NCBI RefSeq assembly: GCF_009914755.1
Contig: NC_060935.1
DNA length: 64,000 bases
Source: the human T2T-CHM13v2.0 reference genome, Homo sapiens
Strand: one strand, 5' to 3'
Shown here: positions 26,730 through 44,617 of the stretch, one piece after another
Numbering within the stretch: the stretch's first letter is position 1
Layout of the letters: the number at the start of each line of letters is the position of its first letter
Notes under the pieces: model-generated
The model's database searches: none
The model's input: only the letters and a program-made list of their open reading frames with translations
Told to the model about the DNA's origin: nothing
Program-made: the position numbers and the translations under genes

Positions 26730-27124
26730 GTAAATGGGCTTTTAATTTTATTATAATTAGATTTTACATGTGAAGTGTTTAATTCTTAATTTTCCGGTGT
26801 TCCCTTCAGCTTAATATATCAAATGATCTAGATTTTGTTTTGCTTCCAGGGACTTCCTTCAATCTTAGCAAGTAAAATTATTTTTTCTAACTGTAGGTTT
26901 AAGTGGTTAGAATATTTCATATATTTTGGTACTGATTTCGATCAATTGCATTGATATAGATAGAAAATGATTTGTATGATGTTATGTTCATTTATCCTCT
27001 GAAGTTTGAGGTCCTTATACACAAGCTTCCTTAGACCTTTCCCACCACCTCCCAATTTTGTAATGTAATATTTTTTTCCTTTTTATTTGTGGTTATTTAA
27101 ATGTCTGTATATAAGAAATTAGGA

Positions 27125-27431
<307 letters not shown>

Positions 27432-27599
27432 AAGAAATTAGGAAAACCCATAATAGCGTTTAAACTGAATGTTACTATGTGACTACTAACTTTTTGAAGT
27501 CTGTATTTTTAGTCTTCATAGACATGAAATGTTTGACAAAAATAAGCAGAAGAGGTATATACCATTTTATTTTTTTCTATTTGAAAGTGGATAACTAGT

Positions 27600-28131
27600 T
27601 GTGTCAGGATCCTCAGGACCACCCCAGATTCTTTGATTTGCTCAGAGGATCCACAGTACTCAGTGTATGGTCATACTCATAGCAGTATTTATTACGGTGA
27701 ATGCATACAAAGCAAAATCAGCAAAGGGAAAGGTGCATGATGGGGTGAAGTCCCAAGAAAACAGGTACGAACTTCTAAGAGACTTCTCCCAGTGGAATCA
27801 CAGAGGGTGTACTTATTTTTTGCAGCAACAAATTGTAACACGTGAAATTTCGTGTTACTGGAGAAGATCATTAGAGACTCAAAACCTAGGTTTTTATCGG
27901 GGATGGCCACGTAGACACTTTCTGCCTAGTATGCACTGAAATTCCAAACTCCCAGAAGGAAAGCAAATATTCAGCATAAACCAAATTATTTAGGTACAGT
28001 GAGCCACTCTTATCAGAGTGGTAGGAACTCTTCTGAAATCTAAGTTCCCAAATGCCAACTAAGGGACATCTTTTAAGCAGGTCTTTTGAAGGATGGTAGT
28101 CAGACCTGCTATGTTAACTCTTTTCTGCACA
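27600..28131. mobile_element. MER21-like ERV LTR
   Basis: TGTGTCAGGATCCTCAGGACCACCCCAG...AAAATCAGCAAAGGGAAAAGGTGCAT...TTAACTCTTTTCTGCACA. Confidence 0.75.
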
Positions 28132-29024
28132 CTAGTTCTCAAGCTTGATAATTCTAGAAGTTACATCATTCATATTATAGATGTTATTAAAAGCACTTTT
28201 TTTCTTGTTGGCAGAGATTAACATGAGTTTATAATGCAAAGTTTAAAAACAGGTAAACAAAAAGAGATGTCGTATAATCATGCCATGAAGAAATGACCAT
28301 TTTAAGAAGTCTGGTGTACATCCTTTCAAATATTTTTCTATGCAAATTTTTGAAAATGTATGCATATTTTAAAAATGTATGCATAGTTTTGGAAATGGAA
28401 TCACCCTTTATTATTTTTGACCTTTTCCCTCTAAAGTATAGATCATTTTAGCTGCAAGTCCTTACAACTTTTTCTTCCCTAATAAATTTGTTTAAAATAA
28501 AGTCTGTTGATATTTCTGAGGAGGAAACTTATTTTGTAAAATTGTGTTGTGAGAAGTAAATATATTTAACAAGTTAAAGGAGACATAGTAGTGGTTATAA
28601 AACTAGCATAGGTGTAGAGAGAACATAAGGTTCTGTATGATGCTCTACTCACTATATTGTAGAAAATCAGACTGTAATTTATTTATTTTCATATTCTCAA
28701 GCAATAGAACAGTAAGTGATATATAGTAATTATTCAGTAAACAATTTTTAATTCATCAGCTATTTATTGAGCATCTCCTATATTCCAGAGACTTACTATG
28801 CCTTCATTGTCCCCTTCAAGTGAAGTATAGAAACTTTTCTTCTATTTAGGTTTCTTCAGTCTCTCTACTTCCATATATTAGTCTTAAATATTTTCCCTAT
28901 ATACATTGAAACCACTTCAGATGGTGTTATAATTTTTCCCCTAATCATCAAATATGATTTAAAGAACTCATGACAAAAAGGATAGTTTACTATATAGTTA
29001 TATTTTTTACTTATCCCAATATTC

Positions 29025-29233
29025 TTTTTTTTTTGAGATGGAGTCTAGCTCTGTCGCCCAGGCTGGAGTGCAGTGTCGCAATCTCGGCTCACTGCAAGCT
29101 CTCCCGGGTTCACCCATTCTCCTGCCTCAGCCTCAGAGTAGCTGGCACTACAGGTGCCCACCACCATGCCCAGCTAATTTTTTTGTATTTTTTAGTAGAG
29201 ATGGGGTTTCACCGTGTTAGCCAGGATGGTCTC
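29025..29233 (-). mobile_element. 5'-truncated AluY-like
   Basis: Ends at GGATGGTCTC; flanked by CCCA(A/G)TATTCTTTTTT TSD. Confidence 0.9.
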
Positions 29234-30372
29234 CCCAGTATTCTTTTTTTTCCCTGAAGTTCTATGCTTCTTTTGATATTTTTTTTTCTTCTTTAAAGAA
29301 ATAACTTCCTTTAGCCATGGTTTAAGATTAGGTGTGCTGGTGACAAATTTGCTTATCTTTCCTTTGTCTGATAATGTTTTCTTGTTTTCCTTTTCCCTCA
29401 TTCCTGAAGGATATTTTAAATAGATATGAAATGCATATTTGACATTTTTTTTTTAGCACTTTAAACATTTTCCACGTCCTGCTGGCATCCATGATTTCAG
29501 CTGACAAACTACTGTCATTTGAATTTGTGTTCCTTTCTGAATAATGTATTGTATCTCTTTGGCTCCATTCAAGATTTCAAAGAATCTTTGTCTTTAGTTT
29601 TCAGAAGTTTAATTATTGTCTAGGAAAGCATAGAATCCTTTTTTAACTTTATCCTATTTGGGGTTTACTCAGCTTCTTGAATCTGTAGGTTTATGTCTTT
29701 TGCCACATTTGTTAAGTTTTCAGTTACTGTTTTTTGAATTTATTGTTTTTCTCAGTTTTTCTCTCTTCTTCCTTTTAGGAAGCATGTATATATGTATACA
29801 CATATAATGCTTAGGAAGCATGTATGTATATATATACAAAATCCTTGGAAGCTAATATATATATATTAACTCTTTTGTCTCAAGGGCCTCTGTTCATTTT
29901 TCCCTTTATTTTCTCTTTGTTGTTCAAATTACATAAACTCTCTTGATTTTTTCTCAAATGTACTCATTGCATCCTCTGACATCTCCACTCTGCTATTGAG
30001 TCCATCCAGCCAGTTTTACATTTCTGTTACTGTATTTTTCAGTTCTATATATTCCACCTCATTTTTTTTATAATTCTATTTTTTCTTGAGATTTTCTGTT
30101 TTTCACTAGTTTCAAGAGAATTTGTAACTGCCTGTTGAAGCATTTTTATGATGGCTGCCTTAAAATCCTTGTCAGATAATTCTTATGTCAGATTCATTTC
30201 AGTGTTCACATCTGTTACCTTTTCTCATTCAAGTTGTGATTTTTTTTAGCTCTTGGTATCACAGGTGATTTTCCCTTATATTCTGGTCATTTTGGATATT
30301 ATATTATGATGCACTGTATAATATTTAATTTTTATATTTTAGAAAACAGTCTCTTTGCTGAGAGGGTTGGGG

Positions 30373-30397
30373 GTGTGTGTGTGTGTGTGTGTGTGTG
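30373..30397. repeat. (GT)12 microsatellite
   Basis: Read directly. Confidence 0.95.
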
Positions 30398-31275
30398 ATG
30401 AGTTTCCTGCTGGGCCCTACAGTACCAAAGTGGAGCATTTGTACACTGATTCATTGCAGATGACTGGAATGGAAGTTTAGTGCTCCATTTTACTTTACTG
30501 ATACCTTGTTGTGAAAGTGAGGCACCAACTTGGAGGCACCTTGTTGCCTCCAAGCTGGGGTGTAAGCTCAGCTTCCTACTGGGCCCTGTTGACTCCTCCC
30601 TGTTAGGGAGGAGGAGTAGAGGAGTGGAGGGCAGATTCACACCACTGTGAGTGGGGTGGGAGCTCAGCTCCTTGTTGAGCCTCATGAATATTACCTTGTC
30701 AGGGGGATTGGAACACTGCATGCTTTTGCCAAGTAGGTGATGGAAGATCAGCTTTTTACTTAGTCCCACTGAAACATTAGAAAGGGGTGATTTTCTCCTT
30801 GGTGTTAAGCTACAATAGGATGTGTATTGCTAAAAATGTTTTCTCTTGTTAGGCTGCTGTTTTCCTAGCCCTTTATAGGAGGTTTTTGAGTCTGTGCCTG
30901 TCAGTGGTTCCAGATTGGAATCTTCTCTAGCGCCCTGTCCTGGATGTATAGGAGATAATAAGGAAACCCAGGTTTGTCGTGCCTTAATTCCTCAGGTTTC
31001 TAGGCTGTCTGCCTTCTTCATTCTTCCTTTCCGTCACCTTATGCTTGTTTGTTGTGTTATGTCTAGGGCTTTTTAGTTGTAAAAGGGAGAAGCTGGAAGA
31101 AATGGGCTACTCAATCTTTGCCAGACTGCCTTATCATTTATAAAATGGAAAATTATTATGTGCTTTCTTTGTTGCAGGTCAGAGTTGGGGATAGTTGAAC
31201 TTTTGATATAGAATATTGAAACTTTTGGAAAAAAGAAATACTTATACATACTAAAGGTTATTTATTGTACCATAG

Positions 31276-31428
31276 AATTCAAAAGCAGGAAGTGGAGGGA
31301 AATCACAGATAACTTGGGATAATCCTAAAGAATTAGAAGGCTATATCCAAAAACTCCAAAATGCTGCTGAACGGCTTGCCACTGAAAATAGAAAACTGAG
31401 AAAATGGCACACTACATTTTGTGAAAAG
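31276..31428 (+). CDS. DYNC2H1: Exon 14 (153 nt), NSKAG...TFCEK
   Basis: catag|AAT ... AAG|gtatat. Confidence 0.95.
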
Positions 31429-31499
31429 GTATATTTTGTTTATAAAATTGAATAAGCTATGAATGATATTATTTAAAAAGTCATTAAGATACAATTTTT

Positions 31500-32020
31500 A
31501 AAAACTTATTTTGAAATAATTTGAGACTTAAAGTTACAAAAATAGTACAGAGAAATCACAATTCCCATTTGCCCAAATTCCCTGTTGTTAACAACTTATA
31601 TAACCGGAGTAGTTATCAAAACCAGGAAAAAGACTGTTTTGAATTTTACAATTTTCCACTAACATTCTTTTTTTTTTCCAGGATACAATCTAGAATCCAA
31701 CTCTGCCCTTAGTTGTTGAGTCTCTTTAGCCTCCCCTCCTCAGTCTTTTCCTTGTTTTTCATGACTTTGATGAGTACTGATCAGTTATTTTGTAGAATCT
31801 CTCTTGATTTGGGTTTATATGATGTTTTCCCATATTAGATTGGGGCTATCTTATTTTGGCAGGAATAGCACAGAAGTGATGTTTTGCCCTTCTCAGTACA
31901 TTGGTCAAGTATTGATATGTGTTGTATAGATTAAGTTAAACTTGATCACTTGGTTAAGGTGGTATCTGTCAGGTTTCTCCACTGAAAAGTTACTATTTTT
32001 CCAGCAATACTTTGAGACTA
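31500..32020 (-). mobile_element. L1MB/MC-like 3' fragment filling intron 14
   Basis: TTTTGAAATAATTT..AAAAATAGTACAGAG..TTGATCACTTGGTTAAGGTGGT..CCACTGAAAAGTTACT. Confidence 0.7.
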
Positions 32021-32041
32021 GCATGCTCTAATTTTTCATAG

Positions 32042-32140
32042 GTGGTTGTTCTTATGAATATTGATCTGCTTCGGCAGCAACAGCGCTGGAAAGATGGATT
32101 ACAAGAATTGAGAACTGGCTTAGCAACTGTAGAAGCACAG
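32042..32140 (+). CDS. DYNC2H1: Exon 15 (99 nt), VVVLM...TVEAQ
   Basis: catag|GTG ... CAG|gtagag. Confidence 0.95.
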
Positions 32141-33215
32141 GTAGAGTATGTTTTATTTTGTGTGTATACTTTGAAATATGACCTTTTCAGAATGTAAGTA
32201 CAATATATGAATTGCCGAGAAGTTCATAAAAGTTATCTTTAAATCTTACTAATAAATACCTAATATATTTATAATTTTTGACTGAATTATATATAAAGAC
32301 CACATATGAACAATCAATTTACATTTAAAAATATAAAAATAAGTTCCTGTAGTGTCTTATGGAATGCCAAATTCCTCAATTCAGAATTTGTAGGTTTTTG
32401 TCTTGGTATTTAAATATCTATCACTTATTAGTTCTCTTCTAGGTGATCGTGATAGCCGTAAAAAACAAAGTTAAGTTTAGGTAGAATCCTAATGATTGGA
32501 ATAATTTTATTCCAGATTTTTTTCCTTTTTGGAGGTAAAATTTGAGTTCTATTCATATTTTGATATAATAGTTGATGCATATAAAGGTGGCTAGCACAAA
32601 GCCTGCTACATAGTAGATGGTAATGAAATCTTAGCAGAATATGAGTTAGATGTCTCACACATTTACATATATTTAATATTTTTCAGTTTTTATAACTTCA
32701 AGAAAAGGCAAAAGTACTACTAGAATGGATATATTTATGGTTGTATAGAAGCAAAAAAGTATGTAAATTCTTATGAGCAATCTAATATTTTAAATCTCAT
32801 ATGTTTTAAAATACGTAGTAGATTTACATTATGTAAGAAGTGGGAAGGGAAGAGAAGAGCTATACTTGATGGGAATTTTTGAAAAAGGACCAAGAAGTTC
32901 ACAAAATAAACCAGTATTTGTGGTACTACATCATAAAATAAAGTCCAAATATGAAAGTCATTTAATATTTGCTTGGTTTTTAAATTTTGCTGATCTTTTA
33001 AAATAGTATTTATAAGTATGAAGATTAGATTTTCATATTTGTCTCTAAATAAACTTATACGGAGAGTAACAAGGATGTACCAGTTTTACATATTTGAAAT
33101 GAGTTGGTTTTATTTTTGTGATTATAATTGTGCATTATGTGACATGAAAGTATTAAATGAAAAATCCATTCTACTGCCTAATTTTTAAATTAAAAATGTG
33201 AATGTAACATATTAG

Positions 33216-33355
33216 GGATTCCAAGCAAGTGACATGCATGCATGGAAACAACACTGGAATCATCAACTGTACAAAGCTCTGGAGCATCAGTACCAGATGG
33301 GCTTAGAAGCACTTAATGAGAATTTGCCAGAAATAAATATAGACTTAACTTACAA
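33216..33355 (+). CDS. DYNC2H1: Exon 16 (140 nt), GFQAS...IDLTY
   Basis: attag|GGA ... TACAA|gtaaga. Confidence 0.95.
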
Positions 33356-33440
33356 GTAAGATGTTTTTTCAACCCCAATTTAATGTTCATTGTATAATTT
33401 TCTAACAATTTATGTTTTAAAGTTATTTATTTACTTTTAG

Positions 33441-33669
33441 ACAGGGACGATTACAATTCAGGCCCCCTTTTGAAGAAATCCGGGCTAAATATTATAGAGA
33501 AATGAAGAGATTCATCGGCATTCCAAATCAGTTTAAGGGAGTGGGTGAGGCAGGAGATGAATCTATTTTTTCTATTATGATTGATAGAAATGCAAGTGGA
33601 TTTTTGACGATTTTCAGCAAAGCAGAAGATCTGTTTAGAAGATTGTCAGCTGTTTTACACCAACATAAG
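33441..33669 (+). CDS. DYNC2H1: Exon 17 (229 nt), QGRLQ...LHQHK (ends at codon 858)
   Basis: tttag|ACAG ... AAG|gtatag; preceded by an 85-nt intron. Confidence 0.95.
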
Positions 33670-34163
33670 GTATAGAACATGTAATGTTCCATCCTTCCAT
33701 CATAAAATTATTTCTGATTGATTGAATTTACATTAAATGTATACATTAATAGTTTACCTTGTGTGGCATAACATTAAAATATGGCAAAGCAGAGAGCTGG
33801 ATTCGTAGATACTTATACAACCTAGATTTATACTTCAGAAGAGAAAAAAGTTATGGGAAAGATTTTTTTTTTGTCTTTGATTATTTTGTGACAATTGAGA
33901 AACTTGTTTTTTTTGGTTTTTTATTTTTATTTTTTATTTTTTATTTTATTTATTTTATTATTATTATACTTTAATTTTTAGGGTACATGTGCACAATGTG
34001 CAGGTTACATATGTATACATGTGCCATGCTGGTGTGCTGCACCCATTAAGTCGTCATTTACCATTAGGTATATCTCCTAATACTATCCCTCCCCCCTCCC
34101 GCCACCCGACAACAGTCCCCAGAGTGTGATGTTCCTTTTCCTGTGTCCATGTGCTCTCATTGT

Positions 34164-37973
<3,810 letters not shown>

Positions 37974-38036
37974 TGTGATGTTAGCTGGTTATTTTGCTCG
38001 TTAGTTGATGCAGTTTCTTCCTAGGCTCGATGGTCT

Positions 38037-39048
38037 TTACATTTTGGCATGATTTTGCAGCGGCTGGTACCAGTTGTTCCTTTCCATGTTTAGCGCTTCC
38101 TTCAGGAACTCTTTTAGGGCAGGCCTGGTGGTGACAAAATCTCTCAGCATTTGCTTGTCTGTAAAGTATTTTATTTCTCCTTCACTTATGAAGCTTAGTT
38201 TGGCTGGATATGAAATTCTGGGTTGAAACTTCTTTTCTTTAGAATGTTGAATATTGGCCCCCACTCTCTTCTGGCTTGTAGAGTTTCTGCTGAGAGATCC
38301 CCTGTTAGTCTGATGGGCTTCCCTTTGTGGGTAACCTGACCTTTCTCTCTGGCTGCCCTTTTTTCCTTCATTTCAACTTTGGTGAATCTGACAATTATGT
38401 GTCTTGGAGTTGCTCTTCTCGAGGAGTATCCTTGTGACATTCTCTGTATTTCCTGAATCTGAATGTTGGCCTGCCTTGCTAGATTGGGGAAGTTCTCCTG
38501 GATAATATCCTGCAGAATGTTTTCCAACTTGGTTCCATTCTCCCCGTCACTTTCGGGTACACCCATCAGACGTAGATTTGGTCTTTTCACATAGTCCCAT
38601 GTTTCTTGGGGGCTTTGCTCATTTCTTTTTATTCTTTTTTTCTCTAAACTTCCCTTCTCGGTTCATTTCATTCATTTCATCTTCCATTGCTGGTACCCTT
38701 TCTTCCAGTTGATCGCATCGGCTCCTGAGGCTTCTGCATTCTTCACGTAGTTCTCGAGTCTTGGCTTTCAGCTCCATCAGCTCCTTTAAGCACTTCTCTG
38801 TACTGGTTATTCTAGTTATACATTCATCTAAATTTTTTTCAAAGTTTTTAACTTCTTTGCCTTTGGTTTGAATATCCTCCTGTAGCTCAGAGTAATTTGA
38901 TCGTCTGAAGCCTTCTTCTCTCAACTCGTCAAAGTCATTCTCCGTCCAGCTTTGTTCCGTTACTGGTGAGGAACTGCATTCCTTTGGAGGAGGAGTGGCA
39001 CTCTGCTTTTTAGAGTTTCCAGTTTTTCTGCTCTGTTTTTTTCCCCAT
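38037..39048 (-). pseudogene. Disrupted L1 ORF1
   Basis: Start codon at 39046-39048; ORF1p peptides (KRPNLRL.., FQPRISYPAKLSF) lie in three different ORFs, so frameshifted. Confidence 0.93.
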
Positions 39049-39629
39049 GTGGTTTTATCTACTTTTGGTCTTCAATGATGGTGATGTACAGATGGGTTTT
39101 TGGTGTGGATGTCCTTTCTGTTTGTTAGTTTTCCTTCTACCAGACAGGACCCTCAACTGTAGGTCTGTTGGAGTTTGCTAGAGGTCCACTCCAGACCCTG
39201 TTTGCCTGGGTATCAGCAGCGGTGGCTACAGAACAGCAAATTTTCGTGAACCACGAATGCTGCTGTCTGATCCTTCCTCTGGAAGTTTTGTCTCAGAGGA
39301 GTACCCGGCCGTCTGAGGTGTCAGTCTGCCCCTACTGGGGGGTGCCTCCCAGTTAGGCTGCTCAGGGGTCAGGGGTCAGGGGTCAGGGACCCACTTGAGG
39401 AGGCAGTCTGCCCGTTCTCAGATCTCCAGCTGCATGCTAGGAGAACTATTGCTCTCTTCAAAGCTGTCAGTGACATTTAATTCTGCAGAGGTTACTGCTG
39501 TCTTTTTGTTGTCTGTGCCCTGCCCCCAGAGGTGGAGCCTACAGAGGCAGGCAGGCCTCCTTGAGCTGTGGTGGGCTCCACCCAGTTCGAGCTTCCCACC
39601 TGCTTTGTTTACCTAAGCAAGCCTGGGCA

Positions 39630-39770
39630 ATGGCGGGCACCCCTCCCACAGCCTCGCTGCCACCTTGCAGTTTGATCTCAGACTGCTGTGCTAGCAGTCA
39701 GCGAGACTCCATGGGCATAGGACCCTCCCAGCCATGTGCAGGATATAATCTCCTGGTGTGCCATTTTTGA
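39630..39770 (+). pseudogene. L1 ORF0, truncated to 46 aa by an in-frame TGA
   Basis: MAGTPPTASLPPCSLISDCCAS... matches primate ORF0; the remainder (EKCSIRVGLTRFSR) continues in the same frame after TGA 39768-39770. Confidence 0.88.
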
Positions 39771-40108
39771 GGCCCATTGGAAAAGTGTAGTATTAGGGTG
39801 GGATTGACCCGATTTTCCAGGTGCCGTCTGTCACCCCTTTCTTTGACTAGGAAAGGGAACTCCCTGACTCCTTGCACTTCGCGAGTGAGGCAATGCCTCG
39901 CCCTGCTTCGGCTCACGCACGATGCGCTGCACCCACTGTCCTGTGCCCACTGTCTGGCACTCCCTAGTGAGATGTACCTGGTACCTCAGATGGAAATGCA
40001 GAAATCACCTGTCTTCTGCGTCGCCCACGCTGGGAACTGTAGATGGGAGCTGTTCCTATTTGGCCATCTTCGCTTTTTATTTTTTAAAATAGTTGTGTCA
40101 TCTTGGTG

Positions 40109-40404
40109 GGTTGGGCGTGGTGGCTCATGCCTGTAATCCTGGCACTTTGGGAGGCTGAGGCTAATGGATCATTTGAGGTCAGGAGTTTGAGACCAGCCTC
40201 GTCAACATGGCGAAACATCATCTTTATTAAAATACAAAAATTATCTGGGCATGGTGGTGGTCACCTGTAATCCCAATTACCATGGAGGCTGAAGTAGGAG
40301 AATCATTTAAACCAGGGAGATGGAGGTTTCAGTGAGCTTAGATCGCACCACTGTACTCCAGGCTGGGTGGCAGAGCGAGACTCCATGTCAAGAAAAAAAG
40401 AAAA
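40109..40404 (+). mobile_element. AluS directly beside the L1 5' end
   Basis: Full dimer plus tail. Confidence 0.93.
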
Positions 40405-40988
40405 TGTGTCAGTTTAGAATGTGATATGGTTCTGTTGTGTCAATTTGAATTCTTCTTCTGAAGCCCTCAAATGTTACTGAAATCAGGGCTATTTAACAGC
40501 TTATTTCCGTTTAAGTATATCATCCCAACTAACTTTAAGTATAAACTAATTGTATTTCTCATTTGTATTGATGCTGAGACATATGACTGAAAATTTGACC
40601 AGTTTCTTAACTGCCACTGCAATACTTCTGTGTCTTAGATTTCTAGGATGAATCTGGACCCTTTCAGATTTGTAGCCTATAGTGACTCTTGATTTTGCAG
40701 AAATGATTCCACCTTTGAAGTTTTGTATTATTTAATTTGAGAAGAGAATCTAAACAGAGGGTTTATATAATTTTCTTTAAAAGTTTATGATCACTGCATT
40801 TGCATATTAAATCTCTTTTTTCTGTTTATTCTTTAGGCTGTGCAGTAATGATTATATTACTTAAATTGACACTTGAATACCTCATATTTTCCTCTTTTTA
40901 TTGGTTTTAATAGTTGAATCCTATTCTATTATATGTTAACATATTTGTTCTGTGTCTTTAATAATACATTTTTTCTTTCTTTAAATAG

Positions 40989-41116
40989 GAATGGATTGTA
41001 ATTGGGCAAGTTGATATGGAAGCTCTGGTGGAAAAGCATCTTTTTACTGTACATGATTGGGAGAAAAATTTTAAAGCATTAAAAATAAAGGGGAAAGAAG
41101 TAGAACGACTTCCAAG
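40989..41116 (+). CDS. DYNC2H1: Exon 18 (128 nt), EWIVI...VERLP
   Basis: aatag|GAA ... CCAAG|gtattg. Confidence 0.95.
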
Positions 41117-42535
41117 GTATTGGAGGTTAATGTAGTACTTACGTACCATAATAATTTTTTGACATGGACAGTAAGGGAGCTCTCTACTTAGTGGCATTGA
41201 AGTCACATCAGCTTCTTGCCTCCTCCAGATCTCATTTATGACACTTGAGTATCATCTAGGTAGGGCATTACAGATAATAAAACAAGTTTTCCTTCTAGAA
41301 GCTCTGCTGGCGGAGACCTATTTAGGTAAAATAGACTGAAGAAAGAGGCTTCTATCTTCATCTGGTATGAAGAGCTATGTTTGATATGCATTGGCACAAT
41401 CTCAGTATGGTTAGAAGCTACTGGTGAGAGCATACTAGACAATATAAAGCTAGTGACATTTCACTCTGCTTTTGTACTGCTCTGCTTCCTTTCAAGATGT
41501 CCTGGAAGGCACACAACATAGTGCTGCATCTAGATATTGCCCTAAATGTGGACAAAAGCCTCTGAGGGGCAACTCAGCTACTTGAGAATATAGTCTCCTT
41601 GTATCTAAAATACTCACCACTAGAACCACTCTTAGTAATAAGTTCCATGAAAGGCCTTGTGTAATCATGCATATGTCACCTCTAAAGGATAATATCACTT
41701 TTATTAATTTATGTTTTCATTATTTCAATAAATACTTAGTGCACATTTATAAAATGCAAAACTTTGTGCTTTAGGAGTACAAAGAGGAAGAAGACAGAGG
41801 ACCTAAGATGAATTGCTTATTCTCTGGTAGTGCAATAAGACAAATATATTTGATGATTAAGTCAAGTACACACAGGGGTTAAGTAAGTGGGCTCTGGAGT
41901 TAGGCAGCTGTTACCAGCTGTATGACTGACAGTCATTGAAATTGTGAACCTAAATTTCTTTAGCTTTAAAATATTAGCAACAATAGTTAGTAATCTCATA
42001 GTGTTTTGAGATAAGTAAGTGTTTCCATATAAGTAACTGGCACAGGTTATATTTTCAATAAATGTTAGTTACTTTTAATTGTGATTAGTATCAAGTGGAA
42101 TAGTCTATATTCCATATTAAAACTGAACTAAAACTATGGGGATTCAGAGGATGATGACATCCCCTCTGTCTGGGGCAAAATCAAGGAAAATCTTTGTTAG
42201 GATAGTAACACTGGAACTAGGATTTTGACAGGTGCAAATGAAAATGGGAGGGCAAAAAAGAACCTCTTAGCAACAGGAATTGTGTGCTGAAAATATGAAG
42301 TTGGTTAATTGAAATTGTTATTAGAGTTAATGTTTTATTAGAGACTAGAGGGAGATGATCCTGGAAAGGTGTAGATAAGGTATAGATCTGGGAGTCTTAC
42401 ATTCAAAAATAGAGAATTTGGATTTTATTCATTTTGGGATGATTAGCTTTTAAAGGGTTCTAAACAGGAGTGTGTCAGTACCAAAGCTGTTCGTTAGGAA
42501 ATTTAATCTGGAAACACAGATATACGGTGGGATAA

Positions 42536-42901
<366 letters not shown>

Positions 42902-44314
42902 TAATAATTAATTGAATTATCTTGTTGGAACTCAAAATGAGGAGGAGGAAATAGTATGAGGAATTAAGTTTTATTTATTGGAGGAAGATGAGGGATTAGG
43001 AATAGGAAGAGACAAATGACTTGAGGGTTTGAGCGTGGGTGATTTGGATACTGGTAGGACCATTAATATTAGTTTAAAGTAAGGAAAAGATAGTGCTTTT
43101 GTAGTGCTTGCACATGGGGTTTTTCTTCTCTGTTGGGCCTTGCCTTTGATCCCAATCTTGCCCATCTTCTTTGACTTAATGCTGTCACCTGACTGCCTAA
43201 GAACCTCTACTGCTTCCTCTACTATTTTTTTGTCCCTTACTATAGATAGCTTTCCTATTTATGATCCTTGCCAAAAGAAAAAAAAATAAAAACAACAATG
43301 CCTATCCCACACTGTATTTTTCATTTTGTCATTTCTTGCTAACAAATTAACATGTATTCATCTAAGTGAATACATACATATGCACATACAAACATACACA
43401 TTTATTTCATCGGTACTTTTTGGAAATGCTGTAAGATTAGAAAAGCTATGTTCTAGTGATGTATTTTAGATAGTATCATAAGAAAATCATTTTTGAATAT
43501 GCATCTTTGATATATAATGAGTCATCTTCCATTTCTATCTATGGCTGAACAGAATCTCAGTTTCATATTGTGAATATTTTCAAATGAAAGATGAATGTTA
43601 GCCTTGTCCACAGCACTCCGTAGTTAGTGAGTAAAACTTCTTTGCTGTAATTAGATCACTTTATGTTAATTCATTAGCAAAATACAGTATAATATAACCT
43701 TTTAGGTTTACCAAAATCACATATCTTCATGTATCAAGTATCATAAATCATGAGTCTTTACGTGTCAGGATTTCAGAAATTTTATAACTTCATGTGTCAA
43801 GAAAATTGGCTGTTATATATAGCTTTTGGTTGTTAAGAACTGTAGTTTAAACTTCTCCAGCTAGTAGGTGATTGAGAATAAATAAGTAAAACTTTAAAAG
43901 AAAATTATATTTTCAAATAAAATGGTATGTAATTAAAACATATAATTTGCCTCTTAAGGATCTCACCTGGCTCTATGCTTTAAGAAAGGCAAATAGCTTT
44001 CCGAATAACCTTTTTGACCAAAGTTTTCAGATTTGTTTTAACTTTGTATAATTTAAGATAAATATGAGATTTTCCTCAGATGACTGAGTCTGGATCAGCT
44101 TCTCTTTGGTTAGGACATTACAATTTGCGTTGGGGTACAATGGAAATAATTACTCATTTAAAAACTTTATACTTGTTTTCTGATTATTAAAATAGTACAT
44201 TTGTTTTATAAATTGTTTTAAATGTAGTGAAGTACAGAGACAATTCCTGTTAATATTTGATGTTTTGGACATATTAATACACTTATAAAATGTAGATTAT
44301 ATTATATCCTGCTA

Positions 44315-44617
<303 letters not shown>

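Larger units (their letters stand above)
28830..31130 (-). mobile_element. Old L1M fragment(s)
   Basis: T-rich degenerate antisense L1 text (TTCCTGAAGGATATTTT, TTCTTGAATCTGTAGGTTTATGTCTTT, CTGCTATTGAGTCCATCCAG). Confidence 0.65.

Noticed and set aside
33917-33942. Exact TSD of the full-length L1
   Set aside because: TTTTTATTTTTT matches the right flank but cannot be separated from the degenerate tail, so the boundary is left approximate.
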